From a virus (Duplodnaviria; Caudoviricetes): a stretch of DNA of 59,777 nucleotides. The stretch covers positions 1 through 59,777 of IMG/VR virus record IMGVR_UViG_3300025141_017126, one strand, 5' to 3'. The notes beneath the pieces were generated by a model. That model saw only the letters and a program-made list of their open reading frames with translations. It made no database searches and had not been told where the DNA came from. The translations under genes and the position numbers were made by a program. Positions 8,621 to 17,315 of this stretch are shown one piece after another; position 1 is the first letter of the stretch; each line of letters starts with the position of its first letter.

Positions 8621-9480
8621 TTTTGAACCTCTGGTGAATAATATGTTGTTCTTTGATCATCTAATTTAATTTTTTGAATAGGATTACCATAAGGATCTTC
8701 TTTTTGAGAATAAACCATAACACCTATTCGTGACTTCATCATTTCATCAGCTTTAGAAGGAAAAGCAACATACTGCCCTTGATTATTATATAAATCAGAA
8801 TAATTTCTGATAGTTGCTCCTCCTGTTTCGTAACTATTTTTTAAAACCGTTTTAACCGCCGTATAAAGCCGCGACAGTTCTTCCGAAGTACAGTCCCTAA
8901 CCTTGCGATAGGGAGCCAGACCAGCCAAAAATAGACTTTCGGATTTATAAATATTGCCAACACCGGATACATTTTTTTGCTCCATTAAAAATTTAACTAA
9001 AGATTGATTTTTACGTTTTTCACATATTTGAAGCCATGTTTTTTCATCACATGGCTCATTTAACATATCTGGACCAATTTCCGAAAGTTTTTTATTCAGT
9101 TCTTTCGATGACTCTGATCCAAAATAAAATTTAAGAGTTCCAAAATTTCTCATATCAGAATAATAAATTTCTGTATTATCATCAAAAGTCCACCGTACTC
9201 TTGCATATTTATTATCTTTGGTTTTATAAGTTCCTGTCATTCCTAATGTTGAAAATATAACTCCAGAACTTGTAATCCAATAAATAAACTTACCTTTATT
9301 ACTCACTCCTAGGACTTTTTGAGACTCATGATTAATTGCTCCATCTACAAAATCAGTAAAACCACTGGGTTCTTTTTTAGTATATCGTCCTGATAAAAGT
9401 TCAATATCTTTGATAACTTTATCTTGAACTATACTATTTAATTGCTTTGTAACAATTGTTACTTCTGGACCTTCCGGCAT
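8617..9480 (-). CDS. Fpg/Nei DNA glycosylase with zincless finger
   Basis: MPEGPEV, KGKFI, D.RNFG, H2TH SGVGNIYKSE; C-terminus has RTTYY but no Cys4 finger. Confidence 0.93.
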   Translation of the reverse strand: MPEGPEVTIVTKQLNSIVQDKVIKDIELLSGRYTKKEPSGFTDFVDGAINHESQKVLGVSNKGKFIYWITSSGVIFSTLGMTGTYKTKDNKYARVRWTFDDNTEIYYSDMRNFGTLKFYFGSESSKELNKKLSEIGPDMLNEPCDEKTWLQICEKRKNQSLVKFLMEQKNVSGVGNIYKSESLFLAGLAPYRKVRDCTSEELSRLYTAVKTVLKNSYETGGATIRNYSDLYNNQGQYVAFPSKADEMMKSRIGVMVYSQKEDPYGNPIQKIKLDDQRTTYYSPEVQK

Positions 9481-9722
9481 TAATGTATTGTCCTGTGGTC
9501 TGGGATAAGAGGTTTAATATCAGATACATTTTCTATAACATAGTGTAAAAGTTGTTCTACATTTTTCTCACTTAACATTGTTTGGTAGACTTGAATAGTA
9601 ATTTTTAAGGCCATTGATGCTACTTTTAGACGATCTTCCTCAGAATAAGAAGAAAAAAACTCTAACAACTTATGTTGTGCTTCTTGCATTACTTCTATAT
9701 CGTGTTCACTAGACATTTTCAT
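9480..9722 (-). CDS. Hypothetical protein
   Basis: Coupled ORF ending RTIH. Confidence 0.6.
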   Translation of the reverse strand: MKMSSEHDIEVMQEAQHKLLEFFSSYSEEDRLKVASMALKITIQVYQTMLSEKNVEQLLHYVIENVSDIKPLIPDHRTIH

Positions 9723-9960
9723 AGTATTTTTCTCCTGTTATATGTTCAGTTAATAACATTTTTTCTAAAGATGCTAATCGATCTAATGATGACATCCCTT
9801 CTTTAGAAAATTTTCCATCTTTAATAATACCTTCTATAGCAGTTTTGTGTTCCTCAAACCAATGACCGAGATGTTCGTCAGAAGTATAATTTAAATTTTC
9901 TCTAATTAACTTACCAACTTGCTCTCTTTTACGCTGTTTGATCCACCTTTCACTGGGCAT
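9709..9960 (-). CDS. Hypothetical protein
   Basis: Coupled ORF. Confidence 0.6.
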   Translation of the reverse strand: MPSERWIKQRKREQVGKLIRENLNYTSDEHLGHWFEEHKTAIEGIIKDGKFSKEGMSSLDRLASLEKMLLTEHITGEKYYENV

Positions 9961-10360
9961 ATTTTTGTTTCCTTACTGGTTTAGTAATTACCCAATCATG
10001 TACTCTAATAGAGTTTTCAAACCAGGCTAATTCTTTGGATATATTATGATATTTAGTTTTATTATCCATAAGCGTAGAAGTAAATATTTGAATAAAATTA
10101 ATTGCAAACATATGCCAAGGATTTTTCATATTAATCTTATTACTTACATAAGAATTCATCATTTTATATTTATACCACTTATTATTAAAAGATGGATGCG
10201 TATAGAACTTATAATTATTTAAATCATGTTTCAAAATATTAAAAATAACTTCGTATTCAGTTAATTTTTCATCTATATTTGTATTATCATCTTTATATAT
10301 ATTACTAATAGATTTAATTAAATTAAGATAAGGATTACGAGATTTTTTATAAATTCTCAT
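9950..10360 (-). CDS. Hypothetical protein
   Basis: Coupled ORF. Confidence 0.55.
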   Translation of the reverse strand: MRIYKKSRNPYLNLIKSISNIYKDDNTNIDEKLTEYEVIFNILKHDLNNYKFYTHPSFNNKWYKYKMMNSYVSNKINMKNPWHMFAINFIQIFTSTLMDNKTKYHNISKELAWFENSIRVHDWVITKPVRKQKYAQ

Positions 10361-10665
10361 TAGAATATCTCAGGTACACGAGTAGGAACAAGAGCGCCCC
10401 ATACTGCTTTTTTATCATAGTATCTCATTGTTTCTAAATGATCCAAATACTTATTAATTTTAATAGCTGAATCATTATACGCTTTTTTCTCAGTTTCAGA
10501 AATAAGACGTCCTGCAATACCCTCCATCCATGAAATAGCTAAAGGGGCATCCCACTTAACAACATAAGTTGCGTCTCTAACTAAACCGTTCATATCGGCT
10601 ATCCCAAAAGCAAAGGGAGAAATAATAGGATTTGATTTTTTTCTTGGCATCATTAACCTTTTCAA
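10360..10665 (-). CDS. Hypothetical protein
   Basis: First gene of the left-arm transcript; true start probably MMPRKK. Confidence 0.6.
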   Translation of the reverse strand: MKRLMMPRKKSNPIISPFAFGIADMNGLVRDATYVVKWDAPLAISWMEGIAGRLISETEKKAYNDSAIKINKYLDHLETMRYYDKKAVWGALVPTRVPEIF

Positions 10666-10678
10666 TATTAGTTTTTAG

Positions 10679-10707
10679 TTGACAGATTGTTAAAAATAGT
10701 TTATATT
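10679..10707 (+). promoter_or_regulatory. Sigma70 promoter at the strand switch
   Basis: TTGACA-N17-TATATT. Confidence 0.75.
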
Positions 10708-10717
10708 TAAAATTATC

Positions 10718-10897
10718 ATGTATATATCAAGACAAGAGTTAAAAATTGAGGTCAGAGATTTACACGGTCAAATCCGTGAAGTCATATCCGACTTTAACGG
10801 AGCAATCAAAAATCTTCATGAAGATATTGAAGAACTTAACGCTCGTATTGACAATCTTGAAACTATAATAACAAATTTAAGGGATTTTGGCAAATAA
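10718..10897 (+). CDS. Small coiled-coil protein (not in ORF track)
   Basis: Hand translation, 59 aa: MYISRQELKIEVRDLHGQIREV...LNARIDNLETIITNLRDFGK. Confidence 0.6.
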   Translation: MYISRQELKIEVRDLHGQIREVISDFNGAIKNLHEDIEELNARIDNLETIITNLRDFGK

Positions 10898-10904
10898 AAA
10901 AACA

Positions 10905-11144
10905 ATGTTTAAACTAATTGGATTCTACATAAATGAAAATCAAAAAACCTATATAGATATGGTTTTAGCGAACTGTGATGGTATAAATCAAAAAGAATCG
11001 CAATCCGCTATTGATAACTCATTATGTGAAAAATATGGATATTCGACTTTTCCAGTTTTTGCTTTGTTTAAAAACAATGTGTTAACTAGAAATGTAGTGG
11101 GTAAATACCCAATTAACACTATTAAATCTAAATTATTAATATGA
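10905..11144 (+). CDS. Thioredoxin-fold protein lacking CxxC
   Basis: L.EKYG.STFP.FALFKN......VG resembles the thioredoxin C-terminal half. Confidence 0.5.
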   Translation: MFKLIGFYINENQKTYIDMVLANCDGINQKESQSAIDNSLCEKYGYSTFPVFALFKNNVLTRNVVGKYPINTIKSKLLI

Positions 11145-11443
11145 AAATAACAGTATATAATAACGATGTAAGTAAAGCTTACCGCATCCTTCAAAAAAAA
11201 TTAAATAATGAAGGAACTTTAAGAGAATTAAAAGAGAGGGAATTTTTTAGAAGTAAAGGCGAAAAAAAACGTCTTGAACGCAAAAGAGGAAGAGTTCGTT
11301 ATAAAAAACAAGAGAAAAAAAGAATGATTGCTCTTGAAAAAGCAGAATTGCGTGCTTTTAAACAACGAAAACTTAATCAAAAAAACGCAAGGCAATCCTC
11401 CCCTCATAAAGCCAATAAAACCTGGAAAAATACTAAAAAATAA
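11141..11443 (+). CDS. rpsU: Ribosomal protein bS21 with C-terminal extension
   Basis: V.NNDV.KA.R.L.KK...EG...ELK.REFF....EKKR. Confidence 0.9.
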   Translation: MKITVYNNDVSKAYRILQKKLNNEGTLRELKEREFFRSKGEKKRLERKRGRVRYKKQEKKRMIALEKAELRAFKQRKLNQKNARQSSPHKANKTWKNTKK

Positions 11444-11475
11444 TATATTATGTAAATATCAAAGGAGATATTTAC

Positions 11476-11724
11476 ATGAAAGCATTTAAAGGAAGTTTTA
11501 AAAAGAAGTCGGGTGAAAACAGAGAGATGTTTTTTGCCAGAATTTCTGACTTACCAAGTCAATTTGTAGCCGCTAAGATCGTGGGTGCAGGTAATGAACA
11601 AAATTATCCAAAAGGTATGGAACTTGTTTGGGATTTAGAACAAGATGATTTTCGTATTTTTAATTGGAATACTACCAATTCATCTATTATGGAAACTGAA
11701 ATAGATGAAAACCTACTTAGTTAA
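11476..11724 (+). CDS. SH3-barrel WYL_2/DUF2693-like protein
   Basis: F.KKSGE.REM ... VWDLE...FR.F pattern. Confidence 0.55.
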   Translation: MKAFKGSFKKKSGENREMFFARISDLPSQFVAAKIVGAGNEQNYPKGMELVWDLEQDDFRIFNWNTTNSSIMETEIDENLLS

Positions 11725-11986
11725 AATTACTCTGAGAAAAAATATTTTAGATAAAGCAGGAACAGCAGTTACTAAAGTCTTAATTAATATGGGATATAAA
11801 GTTAAAAATGTACGAATTGGTAGAATTATTTGTATAACTACAGATGAAGATATAGAACTAATTGCTAAGAGTATAACTAATGAAGTTATGGAAGATTTCG
11901 AAATTGAGTGTCTCGATGATAGGAGCAGAATAAGCATACAGGACATGGGGGCAGTACCCATCGCCTCCACCACGAATACATTGTAA
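11705..11986 (+). CDS. purS: PurS (FGAM synthase subunit) with an extension overlapping the tmRNA
   Basis: ITLR..ILD.AG.AV...L..MGY.V..VRIGR ... N.VMEDFEIE. Confidence 0.8.
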   Translation: MKTYLVKITLRKNILDKAGTAVTKVLINMGYKVKNVRIGRIICITTDEDIELIAKSITNEVMEDFEIECLDDRSRISIQDMGAVPIASTTNTL

Positions 11987-12240
11987 GGGTATTAATACCA
12001 TGCCTAAGGCCCCAACGGTTAACTCTTTCTCATCGGATAGGCAGGATGGGCAATGTATTCTTGATGGGGGCGAACTAGGATCGACTGGTGTAATAAAAGC
12101 AAATGGAGAGACAGGTGTGCAAACGACCTAAACCGTAAGAAAACAATAAATGCTAACGATAATGAAGCATTTGAGGATTATGCACTAGCTGCGTAGTTTA
12201 TTCGGGGTATAGGCTCCACCTGGCAACAGAACGGGCCTTT
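11905..12240 (+). ncRNA. ssrA: Permuted two-piece tmRNA (alphaproteobacterial type)
   Basis: Acceptor piece ends CGCCTCC-A-CCA at 11972; coding piece starts GGGGGCG at 12066 (G3.U70 pair); tag ORF 12152-12196 = ANDNEAFEDYALAA*. Outer ends are approximate. Confidence 0.95.
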
Positions 12241-12269
12241 CATATTTAAAGACAAAATAAAAGTTTCAT

Positions 12270-12301
12270 AAGGAAGGTCCCTTGGGACCTCCCTTTTTTT
12301 T
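12270..12301 (+). terminator. Intrinsic terminator after the tmRNA
   Basis: AGGTCC-CTTG-GGACCT core followed by a long T tract. Confidence 0.85.
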
Positions 12302-12333
12302 AATTTCACTGGTGTCTGTATTTACACCCCCAC

Positions 12334-12362
12334 TTGCTATTTTTTAAAATTTATAGTATTAT
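12334..12362 (+). promoter_or_regulatory. Promoter of the glycan island (leaderless)
   Basis: TTGCTA-N17-TATTAT, ATG 7 nt downstream. Confidence 0.65.
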
Positions 12363-12369
12363 ACAAATA

Positions 12370-13098
12370 ATGATATTACAAAAACAAACCAAAACCAAAT
12401 ACAAATCAGATGCGTTATCTCGAAAGCAGTTGTCTGATTTTTTTAATGACTATGAAAAAGAAGAAAAAGAATATGATACCCTCTGGGATAATTGGTTCCT
12501 AGCTGAATCAATACACTGTCATCAAGACTATGGAGGTGAATATGCTGGTTCAGGAACTTTAGACTATATTGAAGGACTTATCTTATATACCCTTATAAGA
12601 AAAAATAAACCAAAAACCGTATTTGAGATAGGTACGGCACAAGGTATGAGTGCTGCTCTAATGGCATCAGCTATCGAAGCTAATCAAAACAATGGAAAAA
12701 TTTTCTGTGTAGATAAAAAGTTACCTCATAGAATGAGTCCTACTTTTAGTAAGGCAATGGAAGCTGAGTTTATTGAATTTTATGAAGCAGATGTTTTTGA
12801 ATTTTTAGATGAGATAAAAGAAATTCCTGATCTAGTATTTGTAGATGCTGATCACAGAGAAGAATTTTGTATGAAAATTACTAAAATTTTAGCTGATTCT
12901 TTTCCTAACGCTATTTATGCTTATCATGAATGGTCTCTTTCTACTATATCTCAAAAACCAGAAATAGAGTATATTTCAAGATCAGAATGGTTGCATCAAT
13001 TTTATGAACGCCCTGCTTTTGAACTATACTTTAATAAACCAAAATATAAACACAATGGATTTGTAGGAAGTTGTGGATTAGGAGTAGTTACTCAATGA
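12370..13098 (+). CDS. Class I SAM methyltransferase (Methyltransf_24-like)
   Basis: FEIGT.QG.S and DLVFVDADH motifs. Confidence 0.85.
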   Translation: MILQKQTKTKYKSDALSRKQLSDFFNDYEKEEKEYDTLWDNWFLAESIHCHQDYGGEYAGSGTLDYIEGLILYTLIRKNKPKTVFEIGTAQGMSAALMASAIEANQNNGKIFCVDKKLPHRMSPTFSKAMEAEFIEFYEADVFEFLDEIKEIPDLVFVDADHREEFCMKITKILADSFPNAIYAYHEWSLSTISQKPEIEYISRSEWLHQFYERPAFELYFNKPKYKHNGFVGSCGLGVVTQ

Positions 13099-13796
13099 TT
13101 ATTTATTTTAGATGTACAAGTAAAGAAGAAACAGTTAGTGGGGTAGATCGGTGGATTGAATGCCCAAAAGATGAAATCGTTTTAAAATGTTGGATGAGTT
13201 TACAACTTGCAGCAAAACCAAAAAACGATAGGTTTATTATTCTTCACGATGAATTAAATTCTGGTGCTTTAGAGTTTATCAAAGAAACTCAGACTTGTAA
13301 TACAGAATTTATTGAAGTGGAACCCCACGATCTTCAAGATCGAGGACACACATTTAAATTATTAGAAGTCTTAAAAGAAAATCTTGAACAAGACGAAGTA
13401 AATGATATTCACTATATTGTAGAAGATGACTACTTACATACTCAAGATTCATTAGAAGTTTGTAATGAAATTCTAGGTTCAAATTTATGGGAACATTTTA
13501 TAGTTCCTTATGATTACCCCGATAGATATTCACTAGATACTCAACCTTGTGGGTTAATGGTAGGCCCCAGATGTCACTGGCGTACTAATCCAAGCTCAAC
13601 TTATACTTTAATGGCACAGGCTGAAACATGGAAAAAAGCAATGCCAATTATTGAAAAGCATGCACCTCATAATTTTACAGAAGAAGCGTTTCAATCATAT
13701 CCATGTTTAAGTCCAGTACCTGGAAAAGCATCTCATTTAACTAAATATCATATGACTCCCCTTATTGATTGGAGAGATATCTGGAATAAGCTATGA
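13095..13796 (+). CDS. GT-A fold glycosyltransferase-like protein
   Basis: YIVEDDYLH DxD-type motif, YDYPDRY. Confidence 0.65.
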   Translation: MIIYFRCTSKEETVSGVDRWIECPKDEIVLKCWMSLQLAAKPKNDRFIILHDELNSGALEFIKETQTCNTEFIEVEPHDLQDRGHTFKLLEVLKENLEQDEVNDIHYIVEDDYLHTQDSLEVCNEILGSNLWEHFIVPYDYPDRYSLDTQPCGLMVGPRCHWRTNPSSTYTLMAQAETWKKAMPIIEKHAPHNFTEEAFQSYPCLSPVPGKASHLTKYHMTPLIDWRDIWNKL

Positions 13797-14593
13797 CAAC
13801 CACCCAAGAATTTTTAAAAGAAATTAAAGAAAAAGATATACATACTCGTCAAGACCGAGAAAAATATCTCGGACAAGAATTAGATAAATTTATTGATTCT
13901 GGTGGTGAAATGCATGATTTTGGCGATAGTGATAGTACACCTCATTTAGACTTAGTTTATGATTTTGTAAGATGGTATCCCTCAGATATGTATGAACATC
14001 TTCCTACATTAAGAAAATATGCGGGAAAGTGTGATACAGTATGTGAGTTTGGTACTAATGACCTTACAAGTACTCTTGGCTTATTGAGTGGATTTCCTAA
14101 ACATTTAATAACCTTAGACCTTAATCACCCAGATATATTTGTATTAACTTTTGAACCCTTTAGTCCAAATCGTAAAGAAAATGAAGAACCTATGATAATT
14201 AAACTCAATCTTGAAACAGTCAATAAAATTGCTGCTGAAAATGAGATTGAGTTTAAATTTATACAAACTAACTCATTAGAATTTTCTTTTAATAGCGTAG
14301 ATTTATTGTTTATTGATAGTTTACATACTTATACTCAATTAACTAAAGAGTTAATGTTGCACTCTAAAAAAGTAAAAAAATATATTATCTTACATGATAC
14401 AGAATTTTATGGAGAAAAAGGACAAGATAATAAAGATGATGAAGGAAATTATTTATGCCCACACTGGGAAACTAAAGGTATAGGACATGCAATTGCGGAG
14501 TTTTTAGAAAATCCTTATAGCGGTTGGGTTATTGATAAACACTATACAAATTGTCATGGTCTAACTATCCTAAAAAGACCGTGGATAGCATAA
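13793..14593 (+). CDS. Class I SAM methyltransferase (Methyltransf_24-like)
   Basis: EFGT, DLLFIDSLHTY, ILHDT and N.HGLTIL motifs. Confidence 0.85.
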   Translation: MTTTQEFLKEIKEKDIHTRQDREKYLGQELDKFIDSGGEMHDFGDSDSTPHLDLVYDFVRWYPSDMYEHLPTLRKYAGKCDTVCEFGTNDLTSTLGLLSGFPKHLITLDLNHPDIFVLTFEPFSPNRKENEEPMIIKLNLETVNKIAAENEIEFKFIQTNSLEFSFNSVDLLFIDSLHTYTQLTKELMLHSKKVKKYIILHDTEFYGEKGQDNKDDEGNYLCPHWETKGIGHAIAEFLENPYSGWVIDKHYTNCHGLTILKRPWIA

Positions 14594-14594
14594 A

Positions 14595-15524
14595 ATGGAT
14601 CAATCAGATCTCTTTTTAGATCAAGATTTCTTTGGCCAAAAACTTAAAGAGTCAGATCATTTATTAGCGGGACCGTGGATAGGAGAATTCGGTTGGGAGT
14701 TATTTTGCTTTCAGGGTTATTTGAGAAAGTTAAGGGATGATAACCCTCATATTAAATCATTTAACGTAATTAGCAGACCGGGAAGAAGTGTTATATACGA
14801 GGATTTCTGCGACGTATTTGTTGAATATGATTGTCCAGGGACAGAACTCACTGGAGCTTTATGTATGGGGTGGGATACAACTCCTGCTATTCAATTTGCA
14901 CATACTGTAACAAATAGCCTAAAATTAGAAAACTGTATATGGATACCTCCTCAAATATTTCCTATTAACTACCACGCTGATGGTCCCGAATACGAAAAGT
15001 ATTTAAAAATTTTTAATGAAAGCCAAAAGTTTATTCAATTTGGTAAATTTAATTCTGAAGTATCTTATGATATAGTTATACACGCAAGATCAACAGGTAA
15101 ATTTAATTCAAGCGATAGAAATTGGCCAGAAGCTAAATGGTACGAATTAATAGAGTTACTTAATAAAGATGGATTAAAAATAGCTTGTATCGGTTTAGAG
15201 GGTCAAGCTCTTGCCCTACCAAAAACCACTAATTTACTAAATATTCCGCTTGAAGAAACAGTAGATGTATTAGCTAGTTCTAAATGTATTGTAGGAACTT
15301 CTAGTGGTCCTATTCATTTAGCTTCTTTATGTGGATGTCCACAAGTATTAATTTCTGAATGTGTGGAAAGCGGAGGAAAAGATAATGAACGTAGATATAA
15401 ATACGACTGGAATCCTTTAAAAACGCCAGTTCATTTAGTTAAATACGAAAACTCAAAAAAAGATAATGGGTGGAATCCCCCGATAGATAAAGTAAAGAAA
15501 CTTATAGATGATATACTGTTTTGA
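14595..15524 (+). CDS. GT9 (heptosyltransferase)-like glycosyltransferase
   Basis: RNWP...W..LI and VGTSSGPIHLASLCG.P motifs. Confidence 0.75.
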   Translation: MDQSDLFLDQDFFGQKLKESDHLLAGPWIGEFGWELFCFQGYLRKLRDDNPHIKSFNVISRPGRSVIYEDFCDVFVEYDCPGTELTGALCMGWDTTPAIQFAHTVTNSLKLENCIWIPPQIFPINYHADGPEYEKYLKIFNESQKFIQFGKFNSEVSYDIVIHARSTGKFNSSDRNWPEAKWYELIELLNKDGLKIACIGLEGQALALPKTTNLLNIPLEETVDVLASSKCIVGTSSGPIHLASLCGCPQVLISECVESGGKDNERRYKYDWNPLKTPVHLVKYENSKKDNGWNPPIDKVKKLIDDILF

Positions 15525-15831
15525 TTTAGATGGAACTTTAGTTACTAATACGGAAGATGAAAATGGTGAAATGCATTATACTGAAGCAAAACCTATACCA
15601 GAAGCTATTAATAGATTAAGAAAACTATATGAATCAGGTCATAAAATTATTATTCAAACTGCTCGTGGGTCAAAAACAAAAAAATTTGCTGAATATACTA
15701 AATTAACTGAAGATCATTTAGAAAAATTTGGTATTCCTTATCATCAACTTATTGTTGGGCATAAACCGTCTGCTGATCTTTATATAGATGATAAAGCTAT
15801 TAATGTTAAAGATTGGTTAAAAAGTGACTAA
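15508..15831 (+). CDS. Capless HAD phosphatase (capsule-biosynthesis type)
   Basis: DLDGT, TARG and KP..DLYIDDK motifs. Confidence 0.9.
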   Translation: MIYCFDLDGTLVTNTEDENGEMHYTEAKPIPEAINRLRKLYESGHKIIIQTARGSKTKKFAEYTKLTEDHLEKFGIPYHQLIVGHKPSADLYIDDKAINVKDWLKSD

Positions 15832-16669
15832 TATTGTATTAGGTGCTGATCATAATGGCATTGAATTAAAAAAATTAATTAAAGAAGATTTAATTTTTAA
15901 TTCAAGATTTAATCCAATAGATATCGGCCCTTTTAATACAGATAAAGTTGATTATCCTGATTATGCATCTCAAGCAGCTCAAATACTAGCTAATGGAGAT
16001 GCTCAATTTGGAATTTTAATTTGTGGAACCGGTATTGGCATGAGTATTGTAGCAAATAAAGTTGCAGGAATCAGGGCTGCGTTAGTTCATAATCTACAAA
16101 CCGCACCTCTTGCAAAAGAACATAATAATGCAAACATGTTATGTTTAGGGGCTTGGGTAGTTGATCATCCTACTAGTTTACAGATTGTACACAGCTGGTT
16201 AAATGCAAAATTTGGAGAATACCGCCATGTTAAAAGAGTAGCAAAAATAGATGTTAATCCTACCAATAAAATTGTGTTTACTAATGGAGTATTTGATTTA
16301 GTACATAGTGGACATGTCGAACTTCTTAATTTTGCTAAATTATTAGGAGATAAATTAATAGTAGGATTAAATTCTGATAGTTCAACACAATCTCTTAAAG
16401 GCGATAAAAGACCAATTAATAAAGAAGAAGATAGAAAAAATATTGTTCAGTCATTACGAGCTGTTGATGAAGTAATAGTATTTGATTCTACAAATACTAC
16501 AGATTTAATAAAAAGTCTCAAACCTAATATTGTTGTTAAAGGTGGAGAATGGACAGCAGAAGAAGTTAGAAAAAGAGACGAAATACCTAATGATATAGAA
16601 GTTTATGTATATCCCTTTAAAGAAGGTTATTCTTCAACAAATATTATTAATATGATTAAGGAAAAATAA
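15824..16669 (+). CDS. RpiB-type isomerase fused to a HldE/RfaE-II type nucleotidyltransferase
   Basis: N-terminal GADH.G, DYPD, CGTGIG, EHNNAN; C-terminal TNGVFDLVHSGH, GLNSD, KG..RP, YSSTNII. Confidence 0.9.
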   Translation: MTNIVLGADHNGIELKKLIKEDLIFNSRFNPIDIGPFNTDKVDYPDYASQAAQILANGDAQFGILICGTGIGMSIVANKVAGIRAALVHNLQTAPLAKEHNNANMLCLGAWVVDHPTSLQIVHSWLNAKFGEYRHVKRVAKIDVNPTNKIVFTNGVFDLVHSGHVELLNFAKLLGDKLIVGLNSDSSTQSLKGDKRPINKEEDRKNIVQSLRAVDEVIVFDSTNTTDLIKSLKPNIVVKGGEWTAEEVRKRDEIPNDIEVYVYPFKEGYSSTNIINMIKEK

Positions 16670-16670
16670 T

Positions 16671-17315
16671 ATGTCATCTCCTCGTGAATGTGAAGTATAT
16701 AATCGTTTATTATATGATCTTGGTTTAGTAAGTTGGACATCAGGAAATGTAAGTGTTTCCGATGGAGAAAATCTTTATATTAAACCTAGTGGAGTTCTTT
16801 TTGAGGATATTCATTCTAATAATGTAGCAAGTGTTAATATAGAAACTGGAAAACATTTTAGAGGACTAAAACCTTCTACAGATACCGAAAGTCATCGAAT
16901 TATATATAAAAATAAACCAGAAATAAAGGCGGTGGTTCATACTCATTCTACATTTGCAACAGCTTTTGCTGCTTGCGGAAAAAACATACCAGTATATTTA
17001 ACTGCAATGGCAGATGAATTTGGAGAAGAAATTCTCTGTTCTGGATATGCTGAAATTGGTGGAAAAGAAATTGGAGAAGAAGTATGTAAATATTCCGATC
17101 CAACTGGAATTGTATTATTACGTAATCACGGAGTTTTTACCGTTGGAACAAGTGCTAAATCAGCGTTAAAAAAAGCTGTAATGGTAGAAGATATCGCAAA
17201 AACCACATATTATGCTTTAAAATTAAGAAATCCAATTGAATTAACTGAAGAACAGATTAAAAATTGTTATGATAGATACCAAAATACCTATGGACAAAAT
17301 TTTACTAATCGGTGA
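16671..17315 (+). CDS. Class II aldolase / L-ribulose-5-phosphate 4-epimerase (AraD-like)
   Basis: WTSGNVS, KPSG, KPSTD..SH, HTHS and NHG motifs. Confidence 0.88.
   Translation: MSSPRECEVYNRLLYDLGLVSWTSGNVSVSDGENLYIKPSGVLFEDIHSNNVASVNIETGKHFRGLKPSTDTESHRIIYKNKPEIKAVVHTHSTFATAFAACGKNIPVYLTAMADEFGEEILCSGYAEIGGKEIGEEVCKYSDPTGIVLLRNHGVFTVGTSAKSALKKAVMVEDIAKTTYYALKLRNPIELTEEQIKNCYDRYQNTYGQNFTNR

Noticed and set aside
11941-11972. tRNA gene or attP remnant
   Set aside because: Explained as the tmRNA acceptor piece pairing with 12066-12072; no anticodon arm and no integrase
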